NCBI GenBank assembly: GCA_037380845.1 | Contig: JARRRI010000002.1 | Coordinates: 1 to 53,303 of the forward strand | Source of the DNA: Candidatus Sulfobium sp. | Lineage (GTDB): Bacteria; Nitrospirota; Thermodesulfovibrionia; Thermodesulfovibrionales; UBA6898 | DNA length: 53,303 nucleotides | Direction of reading: 5' to 3' | In this document: positions 19,642 through 29,104 of the stretch, piece by piece | Layout: every line of letters starts with the position of its first letter | Position numbering within the stretch: the stretch's first letter is position 1 | Notes under the pieces: model-generated | Databases searched by the model: none | The model's input: only the letters and a program-made list of their open reading frames with translations | Told to the model about the DNA's origin: nothing | Program-made: the position numbers and the translations under genes

Positions 19642-20920
19642 ACTGCTTGCTCCTGCAGGCGATTTCGAAAAACTTAAGACGGCTGTGCATTACGGAGCGG
19701 ACGCGGTTTACCTGGGCGATCCCAGGTTCAGTCTGAGGAGCAAAGCGGGCAATTTCATCCCTTCCGAGCTGGCAGAGGCCGTACGCTATGCCCGCGATGC
19801 GGGTGTCAGGGCTTACGTCACGATGAATATTTTTCCGCATAACCGTGATCTTCCCGGAATCAGGGAACATGTCGGCCTGCTCAGGGACATAATGCCGGAC
19901 GCGGTCATAGTCTCGGACCCGGGGGTGTTCGTGATGATAAGGGAAAAGGCGCCGGAACTGAACCTCCATGTGAGTACCCAGGCGAATATAACCAATGCGG
20001 GGGCTGCCAGGTTCTGGGAAGACCTTGGGGCTAAACGTTTGGTGCTGTCGAGGGAGCTGACCCTCGCTGAAATCGGCGAGATACGGCGGCGGACAAAGAT
20101 TGAACTGGAGGCGTTTGTTCACGGTTCCATCTGTATTTCTTATTCCGGGAGGTGTTATATAAGCAGTTTTTTGGCATCGCGAAGCGCAAACTCCGGCCAA
20201 TGCACGAATTCCTGCCGGTGGAATTATGCCCTGACGGAGGAGAAAAGGCCGGGCGAATATTTCCCCGTGTATGAGGACGGCAGGGGGACGTACCTTATGA
20301 GTTCCAGGGATCTCTGCATGATCGGACACCTCCCGCTGCTTGCCCGGGCGGGGGTGGACAGTTTTAAGATAGAGGGGAGAATGAAGGGCATCAATTATCT
20401 GGCAGGGGTAGTGAAAACTTACCGCGAGGCGATTGACACGATGGCGAAGGGGGAAGAATACGAATGCGAGCCCCGCTGGCTGAGAGAACTGGCCATGTTC
20501 AGCAGCAGGGGATATACGACCGGCATGTTCCTGGGTCGGCAGCCCGACGGGGATTACAATTTCGACGGTGAAGCCTACCGCATGAGCCATGACCTGGTGG
20601 GCGTAGTAGCCGGCATCAAGGGCGGTGTGGCGAAGGTTGCATTGAGAAACAGGATGGATATCGGGGACCCCGTCGAATACCTCTCGCCGGACCTCGAGGA
20701 AAAGGTTTTTCCGGTAGTTTCCATGAAGGACGGGCAGGGGGCTGTCCTGGATTCGGCGAGGAATGAAGACGTGGTTTATATGACGGTGCCCGAGGGTGTC
20801 AGGGAGAACGATCTGATCAGAAGGAGAAAGGACTTCGGGCATGGGGATGTTAACGGCAGGGTTTTCGTCTCCACAGAAGGGGCGAAACAGTTGCAGGGAG
20901 GCAGGGAATACAATGGGTAG
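19628..20920 (+). CDS. Peptidase U32 family protein (TrhP-like tRNA hydroxylation)
   Basis: [45 protein letters not shown]. Confidence 0.92.
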   Translation: MKGPELLAPAGDFEKLKTAVHYGADAVYLGDPRFSLRSKAGNFIPSELAEAVRYARDAGVRAYVTMNIFPHNRDLPGIREHVGLLRDIMPDAVIVSDPGVFVMIREKAPELNLHVSTQANITNAGAARFWEDLGAKRLVLSRELTLAEIGEIRRRTKIELEAFVHGSICISYSGRCYISSFLASRSANSGQCTNSCRWNYALTEEKRPGEYFPVYEDGRGTYLMSSRDLCMIGHLPLLARAGVDSFKIEGRMKGINYLAGVVKTYREAIDTMAKGEEYECEPRWLRELAMFSSRGYTTGMFLGRQPDGDYNFDGEAYRMSHDLVGVVAGIKGGVAKVALRNRMDIGDPVEYLSPDLEEKVFPVVSMKDGQGAVLDSARNEDVVYMTVPEGVRENDLIRRRKDFGHGDVNGRVFVSTEGAKQLQGGREYNG

Positions 20921-21392
20921 TTTCTCCGGGAATTCATCTGAACGCGGGGAACTTTTGATTTGCAGGGCCTGCGGCACATATCTCAGTGAAGGTGAGGGGT
21001 TTCGCTGCCCCAGGTGCAGGAGGTCGCCGCTTTGCCGTACACACAGGGTACCGGGAAGCCGGGAGTGCTCGGGATGTGTGCTCGAGGCCAAGACGAAGGA
21101 ACTCCGCGGCCTAAAGAGTCAGGAGCGCAGCATCAGGAATTTCCTGAGACTGATGCAGTTTGCGTTCCTGGTGTTCGCGATCCTGTTCATATCCGCCAGG
21201 ACTGGTCTTGCCGGGGCGGTAGAGTTTTTGAAAGGTAACGTAATAATGGAAAATCTCGGTTACCTCGGGGGCGCCTCCGTCTCCGGCTATATAATATTTC
21301 AGCTTATCCGGTATAATCAGAATAGCCGTATCAGGAATCTTGAAGCCGAGATGAACAAGATAAATAAAATAGAACTCAGAAGGCTGGTGTAG
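20913..21392 (+). CDS. Zinc-finger membrane protein (hypothetical)
   Basis: CxxC...CxxC...LCxxH...CxxC N-terminus, coiled segment, two TM helices. Confidence 0.65.
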   Translation: MGSFSGNSSERGELLICRACGTYLSEGEGFRCPRCRRSPLCRTHRVPGSRECSGCVLEAKTKELRGLKSQERSIRNFLRLMQFAFLVFAILFISARTGLAGAVEFLKGNVIMENLGYLGGASVSGYIIFQLIRYNQNSRIRNLEAEMNKINKIELRRLV

Positions 21393-21401
21393 TAAAAGAA
21401 G

Positions 21402-22787
21402 ATGGACCCCAAGAGAAAGAGAAAGGTACTGATCGTAGACGATGAGCAGTCGGTGAGGGATCTCTTTGTCCGCACGCTCGAACCGGCCGGCTTCGACGTA
21501 CTGGCTGTGGCAAACCCGGATGAAGGTATAGAAAGGGCGAATCTGGCCGAACCTGACATTATCTACTTGAGTCTCCTTTTCCCGGAATCGAACGGACTGA
21601 AGGTGAGCAAGTCTATGCATTCCGCGGAAAGATTGAAAGAAGTGCCGATCGTGGTGCTGATCTCCTATGAGGGAGAACTTGATCCGAAGTACACAAGGAC
21701 CATAGGAATTGTAGATGTCGTAGTAAAGCCGCTGAAGCCGGCCGATATTCTGGCAACTACAGGCAGGCTGCTGGGGGAGGAAATTTCGTTTGAGGCCGGC
21801 AAACCGGCCGGCGCCGCACGGGAGGAAGCGGGAGAAGAAGTCCCCGTGGCAGTTGAAGGAGCCGGACTTTTCCCGGCCGGAGGCGATGAAGAAAGCATGT
21901 CAAAAGGACGTGAAATGCGGACCGGAAGCGAGGAAGGAGACTTCGCCGGGGCGGCAGAGGGAATCGAAGGAGCTGAGAACAAGTCGGACAGGATCGAAGA
22001 GCCGGCCGGCGAGGAAGAAGTGGTTTCCCCGGATTTCGGGATTGGAGGAAAAGAAGACATAACGGATGAGGACCTGCGGGGTTCACCGGCCGAAGATAAG
22101 GAAGAAGACAGGGGAGGCTTCCCGATTGGCGGTGAAAGGCCTCCGGGCTATGCTGAAGAAGGCGGCACGGATGAGATGCCTGATTATATGTCCGGCAAAA
22201 CAGGCAGGAGGGAGACAAGAAAATACTACCTTTTTGCCGCTCTTGTCCTTTTGGTTGCAGTGGTTGTTTTTGCGACCCTTCAATCCGGCATCTTTTCCGG
22301 CGGCAGCCGGAAGGGAAAACTTTTCCCCCAGGCCGCAGAAGAAACGCCTGTAAAGAAGGAGACCGTGACGGAAGCCGTGCAGCCGGGACAGGTCGAGGAT
22401 AAAGTCAGGGCCGATAGCCCTGCGAAGGAGAAGGTCGCCGGGGAAGAGAGAAATCCCTCTTCTGAAACCTCGGCCCACCGGAAGGACAGGGCCGTTGCCG
22501 GAGAAAAAAAGGCCCTGAACGAAGAGCTCAAAGAACCGAAAGCCCTCAGGGGACAGCAGAAGGAAACCTATTCCATTCAGGTGGGCGCATTTAAAAAAGC
22601 CGGCAATGCCGCCTCGCTCGCGAAAAGGCTGAAGGACCGCGGATATGATTCCTTTGTGGAGAAAGGCGGGGGTGCCGGACTTCACAGAGTGTTTGTCGGC
22701 AGGTTCGATGATTACGGGGAGGCCCGCCGTGTGGCGGGGGTACTCTTGAAGAAAGATGGAATCAAGTCGATCATCTACCGTCACTAA
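21402..22787 (+). CDS. Pseudo-receiver / acidic linker / TM / SPOR domain protein
   Basis: KVLIVDD...PDIIYLS...KP receiver fold; TM YYLFAALVLLVAVVVF; C-terminal YSIQVGAF...HRVFVGRF SPOR. Confidence 0.85.
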   Translation: MDPKRKRKVLIVDDEQSVRDLFVRTLEPAGFDVLAVANPDEGIERANLAEPDIIYLSLLFPESNGLKVSKSMHSAERLKEVPIVVLISYEGELDPKYTRTIGIVDVVVKPLKPADILATTGRLLGEEISFEAGKPAGAAREEAGEEVPVAVEGAGLFPAGGDEESMSKGREMRTGSEEGDFAGAAEGIEGAENKSDRIEEPAGEEEVVSPDFGIGGKEDITDEDLRGSPAEDKEEDRGGFPIGGERPPGYAEEGGTDEMPDYMSGKTGRRETRKYYLFAALVLLVAVVVFATLQSGIFSGGSRKGKLFPQAAEETPVKKETVTEAVQPGQVEDKVRADSPAKEKVAGEERNPSSETSAHRKDRAVAGEKKALNEELKEPKALRGQQKETYSIQVGAFKKAGNAASLAKRLKDRGYDSFVEKGGGAGLHRVFVGRFDDYGEARRVAGVLLKKDGIKSIIYRH

Positions 22788-22832
22788 GCCCCCCGTATTC
22801 ACTTCAGTCACCGGACATATCATCTTTTCGGA

Positions 22833-24206
22833 ATGAAGCTGTTTTTTTCCGGCATAGGTGGAAGCGGCGTGTCGGCCCTGGCCGGATTTCTTGCCGAAAG
22901 AGGGCACACGGTTTCAGGCTCCGACCGACTTTTTGACCTGAACCCCCGCCACCGGATGTGTGCCAGACTAAAAGCGGCGGGAATAAGGATTGCCCCTCAG
23001 GACGGCAGCGGCATCGACGAATCTTTTGATCTTGCAGTATTCAGTACCGCCGTTGAGAGCAATAATCCAGACCGTGCCAGGGCCGAAGAGCTTGGACTTC
23101 CCGTTAAAACGCGACCCGAATACCTGGCTGAAACCGTTTCCAGCTTCAGGACCGTTGCCGTGGCCGGCACCAGCGGGAAATCCACGACCTCCGGGATGCT
23201 CGCCTTTCTCATGGAGCGTCTGGGTATGGAGCCGGGTTTTATAGGGGGCGGAAGGGTCAAGGACTTTGTTACGGAAAGATGCGGGGGCAATTACCTCGCA
23301 GGCCGCTCCGGGCTTCTAGTCATCGAGGCTTGTGAGTCGGACGGGTCCATCGTAGATTACAGGCCTGCCCATTCGATTATCCTTAACCTGAGCCTGGACC
23401 ATCATGAAATCTCCGATACCGCAGTCATGTTCAAAAAACTTTGTGAGAACACATCGGGGCTGGTCATTACGGGAGGCGATGATGAAAACATGAGCCGGTG
23501 GGGCCTGAACGGTCAGGTCAGTTTTTCCATTGACCGCGAGTCCGACTATCGGGCTGAAAATATTGAATACCGCCTTATGAGCACCGTTTTTACCGTAAGG
23601 GGCCGGAAGTTTACCGTTCCTCTGCCGGGAAAACATAATGTTTATAATGCGGTAGCATGTATAGCCTTTCTTTCCGAATCCGGTGCGCCGCTGGAGGACA
23701 TTTCAGATGTCATCCCGGAGTTTTCCGGCATAGAGCGCAGATTTGACATCCACCTTAGAAACGAAAATTTTCTGGTCGTTGACGATTATGCGCACAACCC
23801 TCACAAGATATTCAATCTTATGAGGACGATGAAGGGGATAAGCGGAAGCGTCTGCTATATTTTCCAACCCCACGGATACGGTCCTACGAGACTCCTGAAA
23901 GAAGGCTATATAAAGACTTTTGCCGGTAACCTGCGGGAGCCGGACCATCTTTTTCTTCTCCCGATTTACTATGCCGGAGGAACGGCCGCCAGAGACATTT
24001 CCAGTGAAGACATCATTGAGGCAATAGCGGCTTCCGGCAAGCCGGCGAGCGCAATCCGTAAACGCGGCCACATCCTTGGCCTCCTCGGCAAATGGAAGAG
24101 CTACGTCATCTTCGGGGCGAGGGACGACTCGCTTTCAGACTACGCCGGGAAGATTGCTTCGGTACTGCGAGGAAAAGGAGCACCGGGGATGAGACCAGGG
24201 ATTTGA
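22833..24206 (+). CDS. MurC/Mpl-like Mur ligase
   Basis: GIGGSGVSALA, GTSGKSTT, EACESDG, DDYAHNP, FQPHGY. Confidence 0.88.
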   Translation: MKLFFSGIGGSGVSALAGFLAERGHTVSGSDRLFDLNPRHRMCARLKAAGIRIAPQDGSGIDESFDLAVFSTAVESNNPDRARAEELGLPVKTRPEYLAETVSSFRTVAVAGTSGKSTTSGMLAFLMERLGMEPGFIGGGRVKDFVTERCGGNYLAGRSGLLVIEACESDGSIVDYRPAHSIILNLSLDHHEISDTAVMFKKLCENTSGLVITGGDDENMSRWGLNGQVSFSIDRESDYRAENIEYRLMSTVFTVRGRKFTVPLPGKHNVYNAVACIAFLSESGAPLEDISDVIPEFSGIERRFDIHLRNENFLVVDDYAHNPHKIFNLMRTMKGISGSVCYIFQPHGYGPTRLLKEGYIKTFAGNLREPDHLFLLPIYYAGGTAARDISSEDIIEAIAASGKPASAIRKRGHILGLLGKWKSYVIFGARDDSLSDYAGKIASVLRGKGAPGMRPGI

Positions 24207-24269
24207 CGTCCGTATGGCCGCGGATTCATTGCCTTTCGGCCGCCGGCTCCGGAAAAGCATTTTTAAAGT

Positions 24270-24572
24270 CTAGGCCCTGGGCCGGCGTTCAAGCCCCGTG
24301 CGGAAAAAATTGTACTGAATTCTGTCGGACCACTTGACCGTGAACTGCCGGGGTACGGCCCATATGTCTCTGCATTCGATCTCAAGGACGGTGCCGGGCT
24401 GGAGTTCCTTATCGGAGAAAAAGCCAATGCCCTGCTCGCTCACGTCGGCTGTCGTCCCCTCGCCGGCAACCTTCCCTCCGCCCGAAATTACTGCGGAGTC
24501 GGCAAACCGGACGGGCACTGATATCGGGCCTCTCTTTTTCTTTCGCCGCTCATCGGAAGATTTTCTTAACAT
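24270..24572 (-). CDS. Stand-alone PilZ domain protein
   Basis: RKKKR and DVSEQG motifs, VKW...TGL. Confidence 0.82.
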   Translation of the reverse strand: MLRKSSDERRKKKRGPISVPVRFADSAVISGGGKVAGEGTTADVSEQGIGFFSDKELQPGTVLEIECRDIWAVPRQFTVKWSDRIQYNFFRTGLERRPRA

Positions 24573-24741
24573 GTGTCCCCCCTTCGGGTCTGTTAATAAA
24601 TCATGCCCCCTTAAATAAATTATACGGCGATCTTCTGACTTTTAACAGTCGGCGAGGCTTTTACCAGGCCGGGAGCGGCCGGGCCCGCCTGCAAGTCCAT
24701 CATTCCTGAGATTTCGGCTTTTAGACTCCTTATCGGGCGGC

Positions 24742-25275
24742 CTATTTCGTCGTGGGAGTCTGCCGCGACGGATAAAGTTTTTCGATATCGCTCAGTATCT
24801 CTTCCTTGAGCTTTGTGATCTCTCTTTTGAACTCCTCGCTGGCCAGAATGTCGGCCGGCAGTTCGTCAAACCTCCTGGTGATCGTCTCATGCAGGACCTC
24901 GCTGACGCTCCTGACCTGCTGGTCTATCGAGTTCTGAGTGTCGACTGTGGCGTCGATGAGGCGTCTCATCTGGTCGTTGCTGACGGCGAGTCTCTGGTCT
25001 ATCGAGTCGAGAGAAACGAGTATCTGGGCGAGCCTGTCGGCGCTCTGACCGGTGGAGACTGCGGTGAGCTGAGAAACGCCGACCAGTTGCCCCTCACAAG
25101 TACCGGGTGAGGCGACATCCGAAGGCGGGATCCAGCGACCCAGACATACCTGAGGTCCCAAACCGCTCCTTACAAATGTGTAGCCTCCGACAAACTGGGA
25201 CTGGGCGCCGGCAGGTGATCCGGCCGCCGCAAGAATTAAAAGACAGATTACCGCAATCCAAATCCTCTTTTCCAT
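24742..25275 (-). CDS. Exported hypothetical protein with Cys pair and coiled-coil C-terminus
   Basis: GGAGG RBS, signal peptide ending AGA-Q, two Cys, heptad-rich tail. Confidence 0.7.
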   Translation of the reverse strand: MEKRIWIAVICLLILAAAGSPAGAQSQFVGGYTFVRSGLGPQVCLGRWIPPSDVASPGTCEGQLVGVSQLTAVSTGQSADRLAQILVSLDSIDQRLAVSNDQMRRLIDATVDTQNSIDQQVRSVSEVLHETITRRFDELPADILASEEFKREITKLKEEILSDIEKLYPSRQTPTTK

Positions 25276-25576
25276 GCTTCCTCCTCTGAAGTCAGTCCCT
25301 GTCAAAGCTGCGACAATATTGCCGTAAAGGTTTACACACTCCCGTACTATGATTGTCTTCCGCATTTCAGCCAGGTCACGCATCAGCTGCGTCTTCGTTT
25401 TTCCAAGGTCGCCCATTAAATTGCCGTTCAGTGCACTTTCCCCCTCTTCATATACAGTATATATAATTTTTTAAGGGGATTCAGCAAACAGTTCGTCCAC
25501 GGCCCACCCACCACGGAATGACGGCTGGAAATACTTTGCTTTATGTTATGGGAAAAAAGGCCGAAAAGGTATTTAA

Positions 25577-26164
25577 CTAATAATGCTTCTTCAGCTCTAT
25601 CAGGACCTGTTTGGCGACGTTCTTAAGGGTCTCGAAGACGCCGGAGCCGAGTACGGCAACGGCCTCGAAGGAAGGTATGTTCCTGGGGTTTAGAAGCGTG
25701 TTCATATTTTCCAGGGGGGCGACGTTCGGCAGGTCTCTCTTGTTGTACTGGATGGTGAAGGGCAGCTTCGTAAGTTCGTAGCCCTGCTCCGCCAGGTTTA
25801 TGGCAAGGTCATCGAGGCTCTCCATATTGGCCTCCATCCTTTCCACCTGACTGTCGGCCACGAACACGACGCCGTCCACTCCCTTCAGGATAAGTTTCCT
25901 GCTGGCCGCGTAAAAGACCTGACCCGGCACCGTGTAAAGATGGAACCTTACCCGAAAGCCTTTGATATCGCCCAGTGCAAGAGGAAGGAAATCAAAAAAG
26001 AGGGTCCTCTCGGTCTCGGTGGCCAGCGAGATCAACTTGCCTTTCTGTTCGGGGTTTGTCCGTCTGAAAATATACTGTAAATTCGTTGTCTTGCCGCACA
26101 GTCCCGGACCGTAGTAGACTATCTTGCAGTTGATCTCACGGGAAGAATAATTTATAAAGGACAC
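25577..26164 (-). CDS. mglA: MglA small Ras-like GTPase
   Basis: MSFINYSSREINCKIVYYGPGLCGKTTNL, ERTLFFDFLP, TVPGQ, NKRD. Confidence 0.97.
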   Translation of the reverse strand: MSFINYSSREINCKIVYYGPGLCGKTTNLQYIFRRTNPEQKGKLISLATETERTLFFDFLPLALGDIKGFRVRFHLYTVPGQVFYAASRKLILKGVDGVVFVADSQVERMEANMESLDDLAINLAEQGYELTKLPFTIQYNKRDLPNVAPLENMNTLLNPRNIPSFEAVAVLGSGVFETLKNVAKQVLIELKKHY

Positions 26165-26176
26165 TTACGGCAGTAC

Positions 26177-26671
26177 CTACCTGAAAAGGTTATCGATATC
26201 TTCATCACTGATTTCGGCAAAAGGGGATTCATCCAGCTTGCCCTCGCTCTTTTCCCTCTCGGACTTGCTGGTTATCTCGTCGAACATCTTCACCAGCGAT
26301 TCCGTGGCCTTCTTGACGCGCAGCCGGACCAAACCGAGGGACGACCGTTTGTCAAAGATTACTACGAGTATCACTCTGGCGCCGATAAGCGAGATATGTA
26401 TGTTGTCTTTTTCACCTTCGTGGAAGAGGATGGTGAATTCCCGCTCCCCGAGCAGGCGTGCTATTCCACCCGTGGCGGCGATATTGCCGGCCGTGAGAGA
26501 AGCGAGAGAAGTCGTATCCAGATCGTGCGTTTCGCCGGCCGAGGCGATCAACTGACCGTTTTTGTCGACAAGGAACACGACCTTCGCGTTTGTCTGCATA
26601 TAAAGCTTCTGGAGTTCATCATCGATTTTATTGAACTCCTCTTCGTACATGACGAGATCGGAAGCGCTCAT
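26177..26671 (-). CDS. mglB: MglB roadblock/LC7 GTPase-activating protein
   Basis: VFLVDKNGQLIA, LASLTAGNIAATGG, SSLGLVRLRVKK, C-terminal FAEISDEDIDNLF helix. Confidence 0.96.
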   Translation of the reverse strand: MSASDLVMYEEEFNKIDDELQKLYMQTNAKVVFLVDKNGQLIASAGETHDLDTTSLASLTAGNIAATGGIARLLGEREFTILFHEGEKDNIHISLIGARVILVVIFDKRSSLGLVRLRVKKATESLVKMFDEITSKSEREKSEGKLDESPFAEISDEDIDNLFR

Positions 26672-26899
26672 AATACCTAAAAAAATATCACAACCGCCTC
26701 TTCTTTATCAATCATTTTTTGGTTTTCCTGAAGAATCGGCGCCGCAAGGCTCTTGTCAATTCAGATGATATCCTTCCTGCGATGGCCTCCTGGTCAGGAA
26801 GAGGCCGATTTCTTGAGTTTTTCTGAGCGAAGCCCGAAAAGACCTGTTTTTTCAGTAAGTTTGACTAATTTCGATGAGTATTTTATAGTTAATTCTGAT

Positions 26900-27748
26900 A
26901 TGGCACAGAGCATGACTGGATTCGGCAATGCCGAGAAAGAAGGCTGCCGCATTGAAATACGTTCGATAAACCACAGGTTTCTTGATATTTATGTGCACGC
27001 CCCCGCGTTTCTGAACCAGCTGGAGATACCCTTCAGAAATATGCTGAAAGAACGCTTCTCGAGGGGCAAATTTGACATTTCTGTAACAGTTTCGGCGCTG
27101 GCAGCCGTCGATTTCAGCGTGGACAGCGCGTTCGTCAGACGTATCTATGGCGTGTTCAGTTCGCTTCAGGAAGAGCTTTCCATCGGCGGACAGATAGACA
27201 TTAACACCCTCATAGGTCTTCACGGCATGTTCATGGAAACGAAACAGGCTGTTGACATTGACATGGCGGCGGCCGTCTTCAGGGCGGCTCTCGACGATCT
27301 TCATAAAATGAGGGAGAGGGAGGGCGAAACGCTTGCCGGTGAACTGGGGTCGATGGCCGAATCACTTGTCGGCATGAACGGAAAGATCAGTAACCTGGCC
27401 GGAAGGGTCCCCGGGGAGGCGAAGGAGAAATTCGCCGAGAGGATGCGGGTTCTTCTCCAGGGGCAGGAGGTCGACCCCGCAAGGGTGCTTCAGGAGGCGG
27501 CAGTAATCGCCGCAAGGCTTGATATTTCTGAAGAAATCACGCGCATCGAGAGTCATGCCAGGCAGTTCATGGAAATACTCGTATCAGGTGATATAATAGG
27601 AAGAAAGCTGGATTTCATACTTCAGGAACTCAACAGGGAGGTGAATACCATCGCTTCCAAATCGACCGATTACGAGATCTCCCGTCTTACCGTGGATATG
27701 AAGACAGTAATCGAGAAAATCAGGGAGCAGGTGCAGAATATACAGTGA
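26900..27748 (+). CDS. yicC: YicC/YloC family endoribonuclease
   Basis: SMTGFG, EIRSINHRFLD, GRKLDFILQELNREVNTIASK, REQVQNIQ. Confidence 0.93.
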   Translation: MAQSMTGFGNAEKEGCRIEIRSINHRFLDIYVHAPAFLNQLEIPFRNMLKERFSRGKFDISVTVSALAAVDFSVDSAFVRRIYGVFSSLQEELSIGGQIDINTLIGLHGMFMETKQAVDIDMAAAVFRAALDDLHKMREREGETLAGELGSMAESLVGMNGKISNLAGRVPGEAKEKFAERMRVLLQGQEVDPARVLQEAAVIAARLDISEEITRIESHARQFMEILVSGDIIGRKLDFILQELNREVNTIASKSTDYEISRLTVDMKTVIEKIREQVQNIQ

Positions 27749-27793
27749 GAAGAAGGCTGTTGCCGACAAATTTCTGCACGCGAAGGAGCACAC

Positions 27794-28075
27794 ATGAAGA
27801 AGAGTGAATTTGGCGGAGTTCTGGTCAACATCGGATTCGGCAACGTGGTGGCCGCCTCCAAGGTGGTCGCTATTGTAACGCCCGGTTCCGCACCGATGAA
27901 ACGCATGCGCGAAGAGTCGAAGAAGGAGGGCAGGCTCGTCGATGCGACGCAGGGCAGACGCACGCGTTCCATCATCATAACCGACAGTAACCACATCGTT
28001 CTTTCGGCCCTGCAGGCGGAGACCATCACTCAGAGATTCCTGGAAGGAAAGGGCGTCCTTGCCGAGGAAGAATAG
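27794..28075 (+). CDS. remA: DUF370/RemA family protein
   Basis: [34 protein letters not shown]. Confidence 0.92.
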   Translation: MKKSEFGGVLVNIGFGNVVAASKVVAIVTPGSAPMKRMREESKKEGRLVDATQGRRTRSIIITDSNHIVLSALQAETITQRFLEGKGVLAEEE

Positions 28076-28676
28076 GGGCGGGATGTTCGTTATTTCCGCC
28101 CCCTCCGGTGCGGGAAAGACGACCTTGTGCAACAGGATAAGCCGGAAGGTGCCTCATCTCAGGCAATCGGTATCTTTCACAACGCGCAAGCCGAGAAAGG
28201 GCGAGATAAACGGCCGCGAATATACTTTTATCTCGGAGCCGGAATTCAGGAGGATGATCGGGCAGGACGATTTTGTGGAGTGGGCGGTGGTGCACGGAAA
28301 TTATTACGGAACTTCGCGTCAGAGGCTGGAGGACATCATGGCCGCCGGTTTCGATGTGCTGCTCGATATAGATACACAGGGCGCCAGACAAATCAGGGAC
28401 TCCTGGTCGGGAGGGGCCTATATCTTTATACTGCCCCCTTCCATAGAGGTGCTCAGAGAGAGGCTTGAAAAGCGTGCAAGCAATACCCCGGACGACATGG
28501 AGCGGCGGCTGTCACGCGCCGTGGAGGAAATAAGGGACTATGGCATGTTCGATTATGTTATAGTCAATGACATCCTGAAAGATGCGGTGAAAGAACTGGA
28601 GGCGGTTGTAACCGCCGAGAGACTGAGAAGCGAAAACATAGACAAGGTGTGGCTGAAGAATAATTTTTTGTGTTAG
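28059..28676 (+). CDS. gmk: Guanylate kinase
   Basis: [34 protein letters not shown]. Confidence 0.96.
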   Translation: MPRKNRGGMFVISAPSGAGKTTLCNRISRKVPHLRQSVSFTTRKPRKGEINGREYTFISEPEFRRMIGQDDFVEWAVVHGNYYGTSRQRLEDIMAAGFDVLLDIDTQGARQIRDSWSGGAYIFILPPSIEVLRERLEKRASNTPDDMERRLSRAVEEIRDYGMFDYVIVNDILKDAVKELEAVVTAERLRSENIDKVWLKNNFLC

Positions 28677-28687
28677 GAGGAAAGAAA

Positions 28688-29104
28688 ATGGATATCATAT
28701 CGTTGCCTGTTGAATACAAGAACAGTGACATCGACGGAAAATACAGGCTTGTCGCCATTGCGTCGCAGAGGGCGAAGGACCTGTCGCTGGGGGCGGAGCC
28801 CAAAATCCGGACCAAGTCGAAGAAGGTGACGTCCGTTGCGATCGAAGAGGCCGTAAGCGGGAGCCTTGAGTTCCTTACCGGTGAAGAGGCTGCTGTGGCG
28901 AGGGAACAGGCCGGCAAGTTCGACTACAGGAAGCTTCTGGAAGACAGGAGGCGGCTGGCCGCGGGTGAAGACCTGAGCGAACTCGAAAAAGATCTGAAGG
29001 TCTACCTTCACGAAAGGGAGTCCATGGACAAGAAAGCGTTCGACGAACTCTTTACGGAGAAGAGAGAGGAAGAAGCTGAAGGACCCGAAGAGACTGAAGA
29101 GTAA
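28688..29104 (+). CDS. rpoZ: RNA polymerase omega subunit with long C-terminal extension
   Basis: KYRLVAIASQRAKDL, KVTSVAIEE; gmk-rpoZ-coaBC synteny. Confidence 0.88.
   Translation: MDIISLPVEYKNSDIDGKYRLVAIASQRAKDLSLGAEPKIRTKSKKVTSVAIEEAVSGSLEFLTGEEAAVAREQAGKFDYRKLLEDRRRLAAGEDLSELEKDLKVYLHERESMDKKAFDELFTEKREEEAEGPEETEE

Noticed and set aside
19604..21091. 495-aa minus-strand ORF
   Set aside because: Antisense shadow of the U32 peptidase gene; no recognisable motifs
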